In this document: piece after piece, positions 37,701-52,700 of the stretch | Layout: each line of letters starts with the position of its first letter | How positions within the stretch are numbered: position 1 is the first letter of the stretch | Assembly (NCBI GenBank): GCA_040954595.2 | Contig: CM082586.2 | Location: 9,827,337-9,891,336 of the forward strand | Length of the DNA stretch: 64,000 nt | Origin: Balanoglossus misakiensis | Taxonomy: Eukaryota; Animalia; Hemichordata | Direction of reading: 5' to 3' | The notes under the pieces: model-generated | Databases searched by the model: none | What the model was told of the DNA's origin: nothing | The model's input: only the letters and a program-made list of their open reading frames with translations | Position numbers and translations under genes: made by a program

Positions 37701-40700
37701 CTGTGTTTGGAAGCAACCATGGAAATTTTAGAACTATCTCTCGATCTACAGAGTCTAGTGGAAAACTTTATTATGCACATATGCCTATCTATGTGTTCTG
37801 CGCATCACAACAGAAATCGGTAAATAAACGAGGCTGTTTGGAAGCAACCATGGAAATTTTACAACTATCCGTCGATCTACAGAGTCTGGTGGAAAACTTT
37901 CTTATGCGCATAGGCATATGTATGTGTTCTACGCATCACAACAGAATTCGGTAAATAAACGAGGCTGTTTGGAAACAACCATGGAAATTTTTGAACTATC
38001 CGTTGATCTAAAGTTGAAAAGTTTTTTATGCGCATAGGCCTATCTATGTGTTCTGCGCCTCACAACAGAAATCGGTAAATAAACGAGGCTGTTTGGAAGC
38101 AACCATGGAAATTTTACAACTATCTCTCGATCTACAGAGTCTATAGTGGAAAACTTTCTTATTCACATATGCCTATCTATGTGTTCTGCGCCTCAAAACA
38201 GAATTCCGCAGATAAACGAGGCTGTTTGGAAGCAAACATGGAAGTTTTAGAACTATCTCTCGATCTACAGTGTATAGTGGAAAACGTTCATATGCGCATA
38301 GGCCTATCTATGTGTTCTGCGCATCACAACAGAATTTTGTAAACAATCGAGGATGTGTTTGGAAGCAATCATGGAAATTTTAGAACTATCCGTCGATCTA
38401 CAGAGTCTAGTGGAAACTTTCTTATGCGCATAGGCATATGTATGTGTTCAGCGCATCACAACAGAATTTTGTAAATGAACGAGGCTGTGTTTGGAAACAA
38501 CCATGGAAATTTTACAACTATCCGTCGATCTACGGAGTCTGGTGGAAAACTTTCTTATGCGCATAGGCCTATTACGTGCTCTGCGCCTCACAACAGAATT
38601 CGGTAAATAAACGAGGCTGTTTGGAAGCAACCATGGAAATTTTAGAACTATCCGTCGATCTACAGAGTCTAGTGGAAAAATGTCTTATGCGCATAGGCCT
38701 ATCATGTGTTCTGCGCCTCACAACAGAAATCGGTAAATAAACGAGGCTGTTTGGAAGCAACCATGGAAATTGTACAACTATCCGTCGATGTACAGAGTCT
38801 AGTGGAAAACGTTCTTATGCGCATAGGCCTATCTATGTGTTATGCGCATCACAACAGAAATCGGTAAATAAACGAGGCTGTATTTGGAAGCAACCATGAA
38901 ATTTTACAACTATCCGTCGATCTACAGAGTCTGGTGGAAAACTTCCTTATGCGCATAGACCTATTACGTGTTCTGCGCCTCACAACAGAATTCGGTAAAT
39001 AAACGATGCTGTTTGGAAGCAACCATGGAAATTGTACAACTATCCGTCGATCTACAGAGTCTAGTGGAAAACGTTCTTATGCGCATAGGCCTATCTATGT
39101 GTTATGCGCATCACAACAGAAATCGGTAAATAAACGAGGCTGTGTTTGGAAGCAACCATGGACATTTTAGAACTATCTCTCGATCTACAGAGTCTGTAGT
39201 GGAAAACTTTCTTATGCACATATGCCTATCTATGTGTTCTGCGCCTCACAACAGAATTCGGTAAATAAACGAGGCTGTTTGGAAGCAACCATGGACATTT
39301 TACAGCTATCCGTCGATCTACAGAGTCTAGTGGAAACGTTCTTATGCGCATAGGCCTATATATGTGTTCTGCGCATCACAACAGAATTTTGTAAACAAAC
39401 GAGGCTGTGTTTGGAAGCAACCATGGACATTTTAGAACTATCTCTCGATCTACAGAGTCTATAGTGGAAAACTTTCTTATGCACATATGCCTATCTATGT
39501 GTTCTGCGCCTCACAACAGAATTCGGTAAATAAACGAGGCTGTTTGGAAGCAACCATGGAAATTTTACAACTATCCGTCGATCTACAGAGTCTAGTGGAA
39601 AACGTTATTATGCGCATAGGCCTATATATGTGTTCTGCGCATCACAACAGAATTTTGTAAACAAACGAGGCTGTGTTTGGAAGCAACCATGGAAATTTTA
39701 GAACTATCTCTCGATCTACAGAGTCTAGTGGAAAACTTTATTATGCACATATGCCTATCTATGTGTTCTGCGCATCACAACAGAAATCGGTAAATAAACG
39801 AGGCTGTTTGGAAGCAACCATGGAAATTTTACAACTATCCGTCGATCTACAGAGTCTGGTGGAAAACTTTCTTATGCGCATAGGCCTATTACGTGCTCTG
39901 CGCCTCACAACAGAATTCGGTAAATAAACGAGGCTGTTTGGAAGCAACCATGGACATTGTACAACTATCCGTCGATCTACAAAGTCTAGTGGAAACGTTC
40001 TTATGCGCATAGGCCTATCAATGTGTTATGCGCATCACAACAGAAATCGGTAAATAAACGAGGCTGTATTTGGAAGCAACCATGAAATTTTACAACTATC
40101 CGTCGATCTACAGAGTCTAGTGGAAAAATGTCTCATGCGCATAGGCCTATCATGTGTTCTGCGCCTCACAACAGAAATCGGTAAATAAACGAGGCTGTTT
40201 GGAAGCAACCATGGAAATTTTACAGCTATCCGTCGATCTACAGAGTCTAGTGGAAAACGTTCTTATGCGCATAGGCCTATCTATGTGTTATGCGCATCAC
40301 AACAGAAATCGGTAAATAAACGAGGCTGTGTTTGGAAGCAACCATGGACATTTTAGAACTATCTCTCGATCTACAGAGTCTGTAGTGGAAAACTTTCTTA
40401 TGCACATATGCCTATCTATGTGTTCTGCGCCTCACAACAGAATTCGGTAAATAAACGAGGCTGTTTGGAAGCAACCATGGAAATTTTACAGCTATCCGTC
40501 GATCTACAGAGTCTAGTGGAAAACGTTATTATGCGCATAGGCCTATATATGTGTTCTGCGCATCACAACAGAATTTTGTAAACAAACGAGGCTGTGTTTG
40601 GAAGCAACCATGGACATTTTAGAACTATCTCTCGATCTACAGAGTCTATAGTGGAAAACTTTCTTATGCACATATGCCTATCTATGTGTTCTGCGCCTCA

Positions 40701-43700
40701 CAACAGAATTCGGTAAATAAACGAGGCTGTTTGGAAGCAACCATGGAAATTTTACAACTATCCGTCGATCTACAGAGTCTAGTGGAAAACGTTATTATGC
40801 GCATAGGCCTATATATGTGTTCTGCGCATCACAACAGAATTTTGTAAACAAACGAGGCTGTGTTTGGAAGCAACCATGGAAATTTTAGAACTATCTCTCG
40901 ATCTACAGAGTCTAGTGGAAAACTTTATTATGCACATATGCCTATCTATGTGTTCTGCGCATCACAACAGAAATCGGTAAATAAACGAGGCTGTTTGGAA
41001 GCAACCATGGAAATTTTACAACTATCCGTCGATCTACAGAGTCTGGTGGAAAACTTTCTTATGCGCATAGGCCTATTACGTGCTCTGCGCCTCACAACAG
41101 AATTCGGTAAATAAACGAGGCTGTTTGGAAGCAACCATGGAAATTTTAGAACTATCCGTCGATCTACAGAGTCTAGTGGAAAAATGTCTTATGCGCATAG
41201 GCCTATCATGTGTTCTGCGCCTCACAACAGAAATCGGTAAATAAACGAGGCTGTTTGGAAGCAACCATGGAAATTGTACAACTATCCGTCGATCTAAAGA
41301 GTCTAGTGGAAAACGTTCTTATGCGCATAGGCCTATCTATGTGTTATGCGCATCACAACAGAAATCGGTAAATAAACGAGGCTGTATTTGGAAGCAACCA
41401 TGAAATTTTACAACTATCCGTCGATCTACAGAGTCTGGTGGAAAACTTCCTTATGCGCATAGACCTATTACGTGTTCTGCGCCTCACAACAGAATTCGGT
41501 AAATAAACGAGGCTGTTTGGAAGCAACCATGGACATTGTAGAACTATCCGTCGATCTACAAAGTCTAGTGGAAACGTTGTTATGCGCATAGGCCCATCAA
41601 TGTGTTATGCGCATCACAACAGAAATCGGTAAATAAACGAGGCTGTATTTGGAAGCAACCATGAAATTTTACAACTATCCGTCGATCTACAGAGTCTAGT
41701 GGAAAAATGTCTCATGCGCATAGGCCTATCATGTGTTCTGCGCCTCACAACAGAAATCGGTAAATAAACGAGGCTGTTTGGAAGCAACCATGGAAATTTT
41801 ACAGCTATCCGTCGATCTACAGAGTCTAGTGGAAAAATGTCTCATGCGCATAGGCCTATCATGTGTTCTGCGCCTCACAACAGAAATCGGTAAATAAACG
41901 AGGCTGTTTGGAAGCAACCATGGAAATTTTACAGCTATCCGTCGATCTACAGAGTCTAGTGGAAACGTTCTTATGCGCATAGGCCTATATATGTGTTCTG
42001 CGCATCACAACAGAATTTTGTAAACAAACGAGGCTGTGTTTGGTAGCAACCATGGACATTTTAGAACTATCTCTCGATCTACAGAGTCTATAGTGGAAAA
42101 CTTTCTTATGCACATATGCCTATCTATGTGTTCTGCGCCTCACAACAGAATTCGGTAAATAAACGAGGCTGTTTGGAAGCAACCATGGAAATTTTACAAC
42201 TATCCGTCGATCTACAGAGTCTAGTGGAAAACGTTATTATGCGCATAGGCCTATATATGTGTTCTGCGCATCACAACAGAATTTTGTAAACAAACGAGGC
42301 TGTGTTTGGAAGCAACCATGGAAATTTTAGAACTATCTCTCGATCTACAGAGTCTAGTGGAAAACTTTATTATGCACATATGCCTATCTATGTGTTCTGC
42401 GCATCACAACAGAAATCGGTAAATAAACGAGGCTGTTTGGAAGCAACCATGGAAATTTTACAACTATCCGTCGATCTACAGAGTCTGGTGGAAAACTTTC
42501 TTATGCGCATAGGCCTATTACGTGCTCTGCGCCTCACAACAGAATTCGGTAAATAAACGAGGCTGTTTGGAAGCAACCATGGACATTGTACAACTATCCG
42601 TCGATCTACAAAGTCTAGTGGAAACGTTCTTATGCGCATAGGCCTATCAATGTGTTATGCGCATCACAACAGAAATCGGTAAATAAACGAGGCTGTATTT
42701 GGAAGCAACCATGAAATTTTACAACTATCCGTCGATCTACAGAGTCTAGTGGAAAAATGTCTCATGCGCATAGGCCTATCATGTGTTCTGCGCCTCACAA
42801 CAGAAATCGGTAAATAAACGAGGCTGTTTGGAAGCAACCATGGAAATTTTACAGCTATCCGTCGATCTACAGAGTCTAGTGGAAAACGTTCTTATGCGCA
42901 TAGGCCTATCTATGTGTTATGCGCATCACAACAGAAATCGGTAAATAAACGAGGCTGTGTTTGGAAGCAACCATGGACATTTTAGAACTATCTCTCGATC
43001 TACAGAGTCTGTAGTGGAAAACTTTCTTATGCACATATGCCTATCTATGTGTTCTGCGCCTCACAACAGAATTCGGTAAATAAACGAGGCTGTTTGGAAG
43101 CAACCATGGAAATTTTACAGCTATCCGTCGATCTACAGAGTCTAGTGGAAAACGTTATTATGCGCATAGGCCTATATATGTGTTCTGCGCATCACAACAG
43201 AATTTTGTAAACAAACGAGGCTGTGTTTGGAAGCAACCATGGACATTTTAGAACTATCTCTCGATCTACAGAGTCTATAGTGGAAAACTTTCTTATGCAC
43301 ATATGCCTATCTATGTGTTCTGCGCCTCACAACAGAATTCGGTAAATAAACGAGGCTGTTTGGAAGCAACCATGGAAATTTTACAACTATCCGTCGATCT
43401 ACAGAGTCTAGTGGAAAACGTTATTATGCGCATAGGCCTATATATGTGTTCTGCGCATCACAACAGAATTTTGTAAACAAACGAGGCTGTGTTTGGAAGC
43501 AACCATGGAAATTTTAGAACTATCTCTCGATCTACAGAGTCTAGTGGAAAACTTTATTATGCACATATGCCTATCTATGTGTTCTGCGCATCACAACAGA
43601 AATCGGTAAATAAACGAGGCTGTTTGGAAGCAACCATGGAAATTTTACAACTATCCGTCGATCTACAGAGTCTGGTGGAAAACTTTCTTATGCGCATAGG

Positions 43701-46700
43701 CCTATTACGTGCTCTGCGCCTCACAACAGAATTCGGTAAATAAACGAGGCTGTTTGGAAGCAACCATGGAAATTTTAGAACTATCCGTCGATCTACAGAG
43801 TCTAGTGGAAAAATGTCTTATGCGCATAGGCCTATCATGTGTTCTGCGCCTCACAACAGAAATCGGTAAATAAACGAGGCTGTTTGGAAGCAACCATGGA
43901 AATTGTACAACTATCCGTCGATCTAAAGAGTCTAGTGGAAAACGTTCTTATGCGCATAGGCCTATCTATGTGTTATGCGCATCACAACAGAAATCGGTAA
44001 ATAAACGAGGCTGTATTTGGAAGCAACCATGAAATTTTACAACTATCCGTCGATCTACAGAGTCTGGTGGAAAACTTCCTTATGCGCATAGACCTATTAC
44101 GTGTTCTGCGCCTCACAACAGAATTCGGTAAATAAACGAGGCTGTTTGGAAGCAACCATGGACATTGTAGAACTATCCGTCGATCTACAAAGTCTAGTGG
44201 AAACGTTCTTATGCGCATAGGCCTATCAATGTGTTATGCGCATCACAACAGAAATCGGTAAATAAACGAGGCTGTATTTGGAAGCAACCATGAAATTTTA
44301 CAACTATCCGTCGATCTACAGAGTCTAGTGGAAAAATGTCTCATGCGCATAGGCCTATCATGTGTTCTGCGCCTCACAACAGAAATCGGTAAATAAACGA
44401 GGCTGTTTGGAAGCAACCATGGAAATTTTACAGCTATCCGTCGATCTACAGAGTCTAGTGGAAAAATGTCTCATGCGCATAGGCCTATCATGTGTTCTGC
44501 GCCTCACAACAGAAATCGGTAAATAAACGAGGCTGTTTGGAAGCAACCATGGAAATTTTACAGCTATCCGTCGATCTACAGAGTCTAGTGGAAACGTTCT
44601 TATGCGCATAGGCCTATATATGTGTTCTGCGCATCACAACAGAATTTTGTAAACAAACGAGGCTGTGTTTGGTAGCAACCATGGACATTTTAGAACTATC
44701 TCTCGATCTACAGAGTCTATAGTGGAAAACTTTCTTATGCACATATGCCTATCTATGTGTTCTGCGCCTCACAACAGAATTCGGTAAATAAACGAGGCTG
44801 TTTGGAAGCAACCATGGAAATTTTCAACTATCCGTCGATCTACAGAGTCTAGTGGAAAACGTTATTATGCGCATAGGCCTATATATGTGTTCTGCGCATC
44901 ACAACAGAATTTTGTAAACAAACGAGGCTGTTTGGAAGCAACCATGGAAATTTTACAGCTATCCGTCGATCTACATAGTCTAGTGGAAAACGTTCTTATG
45001 CGCATAGGCCTATCTATGTGTTATGCGCATCACAACAGAAATCGGTAAATAAACGAGGCTGTGTTTGGAAGCAACCATTGACATTTTAGAACTATCTCTC
45101 GATCTACAGAGTCTGTAGTGGAAAACTTTCTTATGCACATATGCCTATCTATGTGTTCTGCGCCTCACAACAGAATTCGGTAAATAAACGAGGCTGTTTG
45201 GAAGCAACCATGGAAATTTTACAGCTATCCGTCGATCTACAGAGTCTAGTGGAAAACGTTATAATGCGCATAGGCCTATATATGTGTTCTGCGCATCACA
45301 ACAGAATTTTGTAAACAAACGAGGCTGTGTTTGGAAGCAACCATGGACATTTTAGAACTATCTCTCGATCTACAGAGTCTATAGTGGAAAACTTTCTTAT
45401 GCACATATGCCTATCTATGTGTTCTGCGCCTCACAACAGAATTCGGTAAATAAACGAGGCTGTTTGGAAGCAACCATGGAAATTTTACAACTATCCGTCG
45501 ATCTACAGAGTCTAGTGGAAAACGTTATTATGCGCATAGGCCTATATATGTGTTCTGCGCATCACAACAGAATTTTGTAAACAAACGAGGCTGTGTTTGG
45601 AAGCAACCATGGAAATTTTAGAACTATCTCTCGATCTACAGAGTCTAGTGGAAAACTTTATTATGCACATATGCCTATCTATGTGTTCTGCGCATCACAA
45701 CAGAAATCGGTAAATAAACGAGGCTGTTTGGAAGCAACCATGGACATTTTACAACTATCCGTCGATCTACAGAGTCTGGTGGAAAACTTTCTTATGCGCA
45801 TAGGCCTATTACGTGCTCTGCGCCTCACAACAGAATTCGGTAAATAAACGAGGCTGTTTGGAAGCAACCATGGAAATTTTAGAACTATCCGTCGATCTAC
45901 AGAGTCTAGTGGAAAAATGTCTTATGCGCATAGGCCTATCATGTGTTCTGCGCCTCACAACAGAAATCGGTAAATAAACGAGGCTGTTTGGAAGCAACCA
46001 TGGAAATTGTACAACTATCCGTCGATCTAAAGAGTCTAGTGGAAAACGTTCTTATGCGCATAGGCCTATCTATGTGTTATGCGCATCACAACAGAAATCG
46101 GTAAATAAACGAGGCTGTATTTGGAAGCAACCATGAAATTTTACAACTATCCGTCGATCTACAGAGTCTGGTGGAAAACTTCCTTATGCGCATAGACCTA
46201 TTACGTGTTCTGCGCCTCACAACAGAATTCGGTAAATAAACGAGGCTGTTTGGAAGCAACCATGGACATTGTAGAACTATCCGTCGATCTACAAAGTCTA
46301 GTGGAAACGTTCTTATGCGCATAGGCCTATCAATGTGTTATGCGCATCACAACAGAAATCGGTAAATAAACGAGGCTGTATTTGGAAGCAACCATGAAAT
46401 TTTACAACTATCCGTCGATCTACAGAGTCTAGTGGAAAAATGTCTCATGCGCATAGGCCTATCATGTGTTCTGCGCCTCACAACAGAAATCGGTAAATAA
46501 ACGAGGCTGTTTGGAAGCAACCATGGAAATTTTACAGCTATCCGTCGATCTACAGAGTCTAGTGGAAAAATGTCTCATGCGCATAGGCCTATCATGTGTT
46601 CTGCGCCTCACAACAGAAATCGGTAAATAAACGAGGCTGTTTGGAAGCAACCATGGAAATTTTACAGCTATCCGTCGATCTACAGAGTCTAGTGGAAACG

Positions 46701-49700
46701 TTCTTATGCGCATAGGCCTATATATGTGTTCTGCGCATCACAACAGAATTTTGTAAACAAACGAGGCTGTGTTTGGTAGCAACCATGGACATTTTAGAAC
46801 TATCTCTCGATCTACAGAGTCTATAGTGGAAAACTTTCTTATGCACATATGCCTATCTATGTGTTCTGCGCCTCACAACAGAATTCGGTAAATAAACGAG
46901 GCTGTTTGGAAGCAACCATGGAAATTTTACAACTATCCGTCGATCTACAGAGTCTAGTGGAAAACGTTATTATGCGCATAGGCCTATATATGTGTTCTGC
47001 GCATCACAACAGAAATCGGTAAATAAACGAGGCTGTGTTTGGAAGCAACCATGGACATTTTAGAACTATCTCTCGATCTACAGAGTCTGTAGTGGAAAAC
47101 TTTCTTATGCACATATGCCTATCTATGTGTTCTGCGCCTCACAACAGAATTCGGTAAATAAACGAGGCTGTTTGGAAGCAACCATGGAAATTTTACAGCT
47201 ATCCGTCGATCTACAGAGTCTAGTGGAAAACGTTATTATGCGCATAGGCCTATATATGTGTTCTGCGCATCACAACAGAATTTTGTAAACAAACGAGGCT
47301 GTGTTTGGAAGCAACCATGGACATTTTAGAACTATCTCTCGATCTACATAGTCTATAGTGGAAAACTTTCTTATGCACATATGCCTATCTATGTGTTCTG
47401 CGCCTCACAACAGAATTCGGTAAATAAACGAGGCTGTTTGGAAGCAACCATGGAAATTTTACAACTATCCGTCGATCTACAGAGTCTAGTGGAAAACGTT
47501 ATTATGCGCATAGGCCTATATATGTGTTCTGCGCATCACAACAGAATTTTGTAAACAAACGAGGCTGTGTTTGGAAGCAACCATGGAAATTTTAGAACTA
47601 TCTCTCGATCTACAGAGTCTAGTGGAAAACTTTATTATGCACATATGCCTATCTATGTGTTCTGCGCATCACAACAGAAATCGGTAAATAAACGAGGCTG
47701 TTTGGAAGCAACCATGGAAATTTTACAACTATCCGTCGATCTACAGAGTCTGGTGGAAAACTTTCTTATGCGCATAGGCCTATTACGTGCTCTGCGCCTC
47801 ACAACAGAATTCGGTAAATAAACGAGGCTGTTTGGAAGCAACCATGGAAATTTTAGAACTATCCGTCGATCTACAGAGTCTAGTGGAAAAATGTCTTATG
47901 CGCATAGGCCTATCATGTGTTCTGCGCCTCACAACAGAAATCGGTAAATAAACGAGGCTGTTTGGAAGCAACCATGGAAATTGTACAACTATCCGTCGAT
48001 CTACATAGTCTAGTGGAAAACGTTCTTATGCGCATAGGCCTATCTATGTGTTATGCGCATCACAACAGAAATCGGTAAATAAACGAGGCTGTGTTTGGAA
48101 GCAACCATTGACATTTTAGAACTATCTCTCGATCTACAGAGTCTGTAGTGGAAAACTTTCTTATGCACATATGCCTATCTATGTGTTCTGCGCCTCACAA
48201 CAGAATTCGGTAAATAAACGAGGCTGTTTGGAAGCAACCATGGAAATTTTACAGCTATCCGTCGATCTACAGAGTCTAGTGGAAAACGTTATAATGCGCA
48301 TAGGCCTATATATGTGTTCTGCGCATCACAACAGAATTTTGTAAACAAACGAGGCTGTGTTTGGAAGCAACCATGGACATTTTAGAACTATCTCTCGATC
48401 TACAGAGTCTATAGTGGAAAACTTTCTTATGCACATATGCCTATCTATGTGTTCTGCGCCTCACAACAGAATTCGGTAAATAAACGAGGCTGTTTGGAAG
48501 CAACCATGGAAATTTTACAACTATCCGTCGATCTACAGAGTCTAGTGGAAAACGTTATTATGCGCATAGGCCTATATATGTGTTCTGCGCATCACAACAG
48601 AATTTTGTAAACAAACGAGGCTGTGTTTGGAAGCAACCATGGAAATTTTAGAACTATCTCTCGATCTACAGAGTCTAGTGGAAAACTTTATTATGCACAT
48701 ATGCCTATCTATGTGTTCTGCGCATCACAACAGAAATCGGTAAATAAACGAGGCTGTTTGGAAGCAACCATGGACATTTTACAACTATCCGTCGATCTAC
48801 AGAGTCTGGTGGAAAACTTTCTTATGCGCATAGGCCTATTACGTGCTCTGCGCCTCACAACAGAATTCGGTAAATAAACGAGGCTGTTTGGAAGCAACCA
48901 TGGAAATTTTAGAACTATCCGTCGATCTACAGAGTCTAGTGGAAAAATGTCTTATGCGCATAGGCCTATCATGTGTTCTGCGCCTCACAACAGAAATCGG
49001 TAAATAAACGAGGCTGTTTGGAAGCAACCATGGAAATTGTACAACTATCCGTCGATCTAAAGAGTCTAGTGGAAAACGTTCTTATGCGCATAGGCCTATC
49101 TATGTGTTATGCGCATCACAACAGAAATCGGTAAATAAACGAGGCTGTATTTGGAAGCAACCATGAAATTTTACAACTATCCGTCGATCTACAGAGTCTG
49201 GTGGAAAACTTCCTTATGCGCATAGACCTATTACGTGTTCTGCGCCTCACAACAGAATTCGGTAAATAAACGAGGCTGTTTGGAAGCAACCATGGACATT
49301 GTAGAACTATCCGTCGATCTACAAAGTCTAGTGGAAACGTTCTTATGCGCATAGGCCTATCAATGTGTTATGCGCATCACAACAGAAATCGGTAAATAAA
49401 CGAGGCTGTATTTGGAAGCAACCATGAAATTTTACAACTATCCGTCGATCTACAGAGTCTAGTGGAAAAATGTCTCATGCGCATAGGCCTATCATGTGTT
49501 CTGCGCCTCACAACAGAAATCGGTAAATAAACGAGGCTGTTTGGAAGCAACCATGGAAATTTTACAGCTATCCGTCGATCTACAGAGTCTAGTGGAAAAA
49601 TGTCTCATGCGCATAGGCCTATCATGTGTTCTGCGCCTCACAACAGAAATCGGTAAATAAACGAGGCTGTTTGGAAGCAACCATGGAAATTTTACAGCTA

Positions 49701-52700
49701 TCCGTCGATCTACAGAGTCTAGTGGAAACGTTCTTATGCGCATAGGCCTATATATGTGTTCTGCGCATCACAACAGAATTTTGTAAACAAACGAGGCTGT
49801 GTTTGGTAGCAACCATGGACATTTTAGAACTATCTCTCGATCTACAGAGTCTATAGTGGAAAACTTTCTTATGCACATATGCCTATCTATGTGTTCTGCG
49901 CCTCACAACAGAATTCGGTAAATAAACGAGGCTGTTTGGAAGCAACCATGGAAATTTTACAACTATCCGTCGATCTACAGAGTCTAGTGGAAAACGTTAT
50001 TATGCGCATAGGCCTATATATGTGTTCTGCGCATCACAACAGAAATCGGTAAATAAACGAGGCTGTGTTTGGAAGCAACCATGGACATTTTAGAACTATC
50101 TCTCGATCTACAGAGTCTGTAGTGGAAAACTTTCTTATGCACATATGCCTATCTATGTGTTCTGCGCCTCACAACAGAATTCGGTAAATAAACGAGGCTG
50201 TTTGGAAGCAACCATGGAAATTTTACAGCTATCCGTCGATCTACAGAGTCTAGTGGAAAACGTTATTATGCGCATAGGCCTATATATGTGTTCTGCGCAT
50301 CACAACAGAATTTTGTAAACAAACGAGGCTGTGTTTGGAAGCAACCATGGACATTTTAGAACTATCTCTCGATCTACATAGTCTATAGTGGAAAACTTTC
50401 TTATGCACATATGCCTATCTATGTGTTCTGCGCCTCACAACAGAATTCGGTAAATAAACGAGGCTGTTTGGAAGCAACCATGGAAATTTTACAACTATCC
50501 GTCGATCTACAGAGTCTAGTGGAAAACGTTATTATGCGCATAGGCCTATATATGTGTTCTGCGCATCACAACAGAATTTTGTAAACAAACGAGGCTGTGT
50601 TTGGAAGCAACCATGGAAATTTTAGAACTATCTCTCGATCTACAGAGTCTAGTGGAAAACTTTATTATGCACATATGCCTATCTATGTGTTCTGCGCATC
50701 ACAACAGAAATCGGTAAATAAACGAGGCTGTTTGGAAGCAACCATGGAAATTTTACAACTATCCGTCGATCTACAGAGTCTGGTGGAAAACTTTCTTATG
50801 CGCATAGGCCTATTACGTGCTCTGCGCCTCACAACAGAATTCGGTAAATAAACGAGGCTGTTTGGAAGCAACCATGGAAATTTTAGAACTATCCGTCGAT
50901 CTACAGAGTCTAGTGGAAAAATGTCTTATGCGCATAGGCCTATCATGTGTTCTGCGCCTCACAACAGAAATCGGTAAATAAACGAGGCTGTTTGGAAGCA
51001 ACCATGGAAATTGTACAACTATCCGTCGATCTAAAGAGTCTAGTGGAAAACGTTCTTATGCGCATAGGCCTATCTATGTGTTATGCGCATCACAACAGAA
51101 ATCGGTAAATAAACGAGGCTTTATTTGGAAGCAACCATGAAATTTTACAACTATCCGTCGATCTACAGAGTCTGGTGGAAAACTTCCTTATGCGCATAGA
51201 CCTATTACGTGTTCTGCGCCTCACAACAGAATTCGGTAAATAAACGAGGCTGTTTGGAAGCAACCATGGACATTGTAGAACTATCCGTCGATCTACAAAG
51301 TCTAGTGGAAACGTTCTTATGCGCATAGGCCTATCAATGTGTTATGCGCATCACAACAGAAATCGGTAAATAAACGAGGCTGTATTTGGAAGCAACCATG
51401 AAATTTTACAACTATCCGTCGATCTACAGAGTCTAGTGGAAAAATGTCTCATGCGCATAGGCCTATCATGTGTTCTGCGCCTCACAACAGAAATCGGTAA
51501 ATAAACGAGGCTGTTTGGAAGCAACCATGGAAATTTTACAGCTATCCGTCGATCTACAGAGTCTAGTGGAAAAATGTCTCATGCGCATAGGCCTATCATG
51601 TGTTCTGCGCCTCACAACAGAAATCGGTAAATAAACGAGGCTGTTTGGAAGCAACCATGGAAATTTTACAGCTATCCGTCGATCTACAGAGTCTAGTGGA
51701 AACGTTCTTATGCGCATAGGCCTATATATGTGTTCTGCGCATCACAACAGAATTTTGTAAACAAACGAGGCTGTGTTTGGTAGCAACCATGGACATTTTA
51801 GAACTATCTCTCGATCTACAGAGTCTATAGTGGAAAACTTTCTTATGCACATATGCCTATCTATGTGTTCTGCGCCTCACAACAGAATTCGGTAAATAAA
51901 CGAGGCTGTTTGGAAGCAACCATGGAAATTTTACAACTATCCGTCGATCTACAGAGTCTAGTGGAAAACGTTATTATGCGCATAGGCCTATATATGTGTT
52001 CTGCGCATCACAACAGAATTTTGTAAACAAACGAGGCTGTTTGGAAGCAACCATGGAAATTTTACAGCTATCCGTCGATCTACAGAGTCTAGTGGAAAAC
52101 GTTCTTATGCGCATAGGCCTATCTATGTGTTATGCGCATCACAACAGAAATCGGTAAATAAACGAGGCTGTGTTTGGAAGCAACCATGGACATTTTAGAA
52201 CTATCTCTCGATCTACAGAGTCTGTAGTGGAAAACTTTCTTATGCACATATGCCTATCTATGTGTTCTGCGCCTCACAACAGAATTCGGTAAATAAACGA
52301 GGCTGTTTGGAAGCAACCATGGAAATTTTACAGCTATCCGTCGATCTACAGAGTCTAGTGGAAAACGTTATTATGCGCATAGGCCTATATATGTGTTCTG
52401 CGCATCACAACAGAATTTTGTAAACAAACGAGGCTGTGTTTGGAAGCAACCATGGACATTTTAGAACTATCTCTCGATCTACAGAGTCTATAGTGGAAAA
52501 CTTTCTTATGCACATATGCCTATCTATGTGTTCTGCGCCTCACAACAGAATTCGGTAAATAAACGAGGCTGTTTGGAAGCAACCATGGAAATTTTACAAC
52601 TATCCGTCGATCTACAGAGTCTAGTGGAAAACGTTATTATGCGCATAGGCCTATATATGTGTTCTGCGCATCACAACAGAATTTTGTAAACAAACGAGGC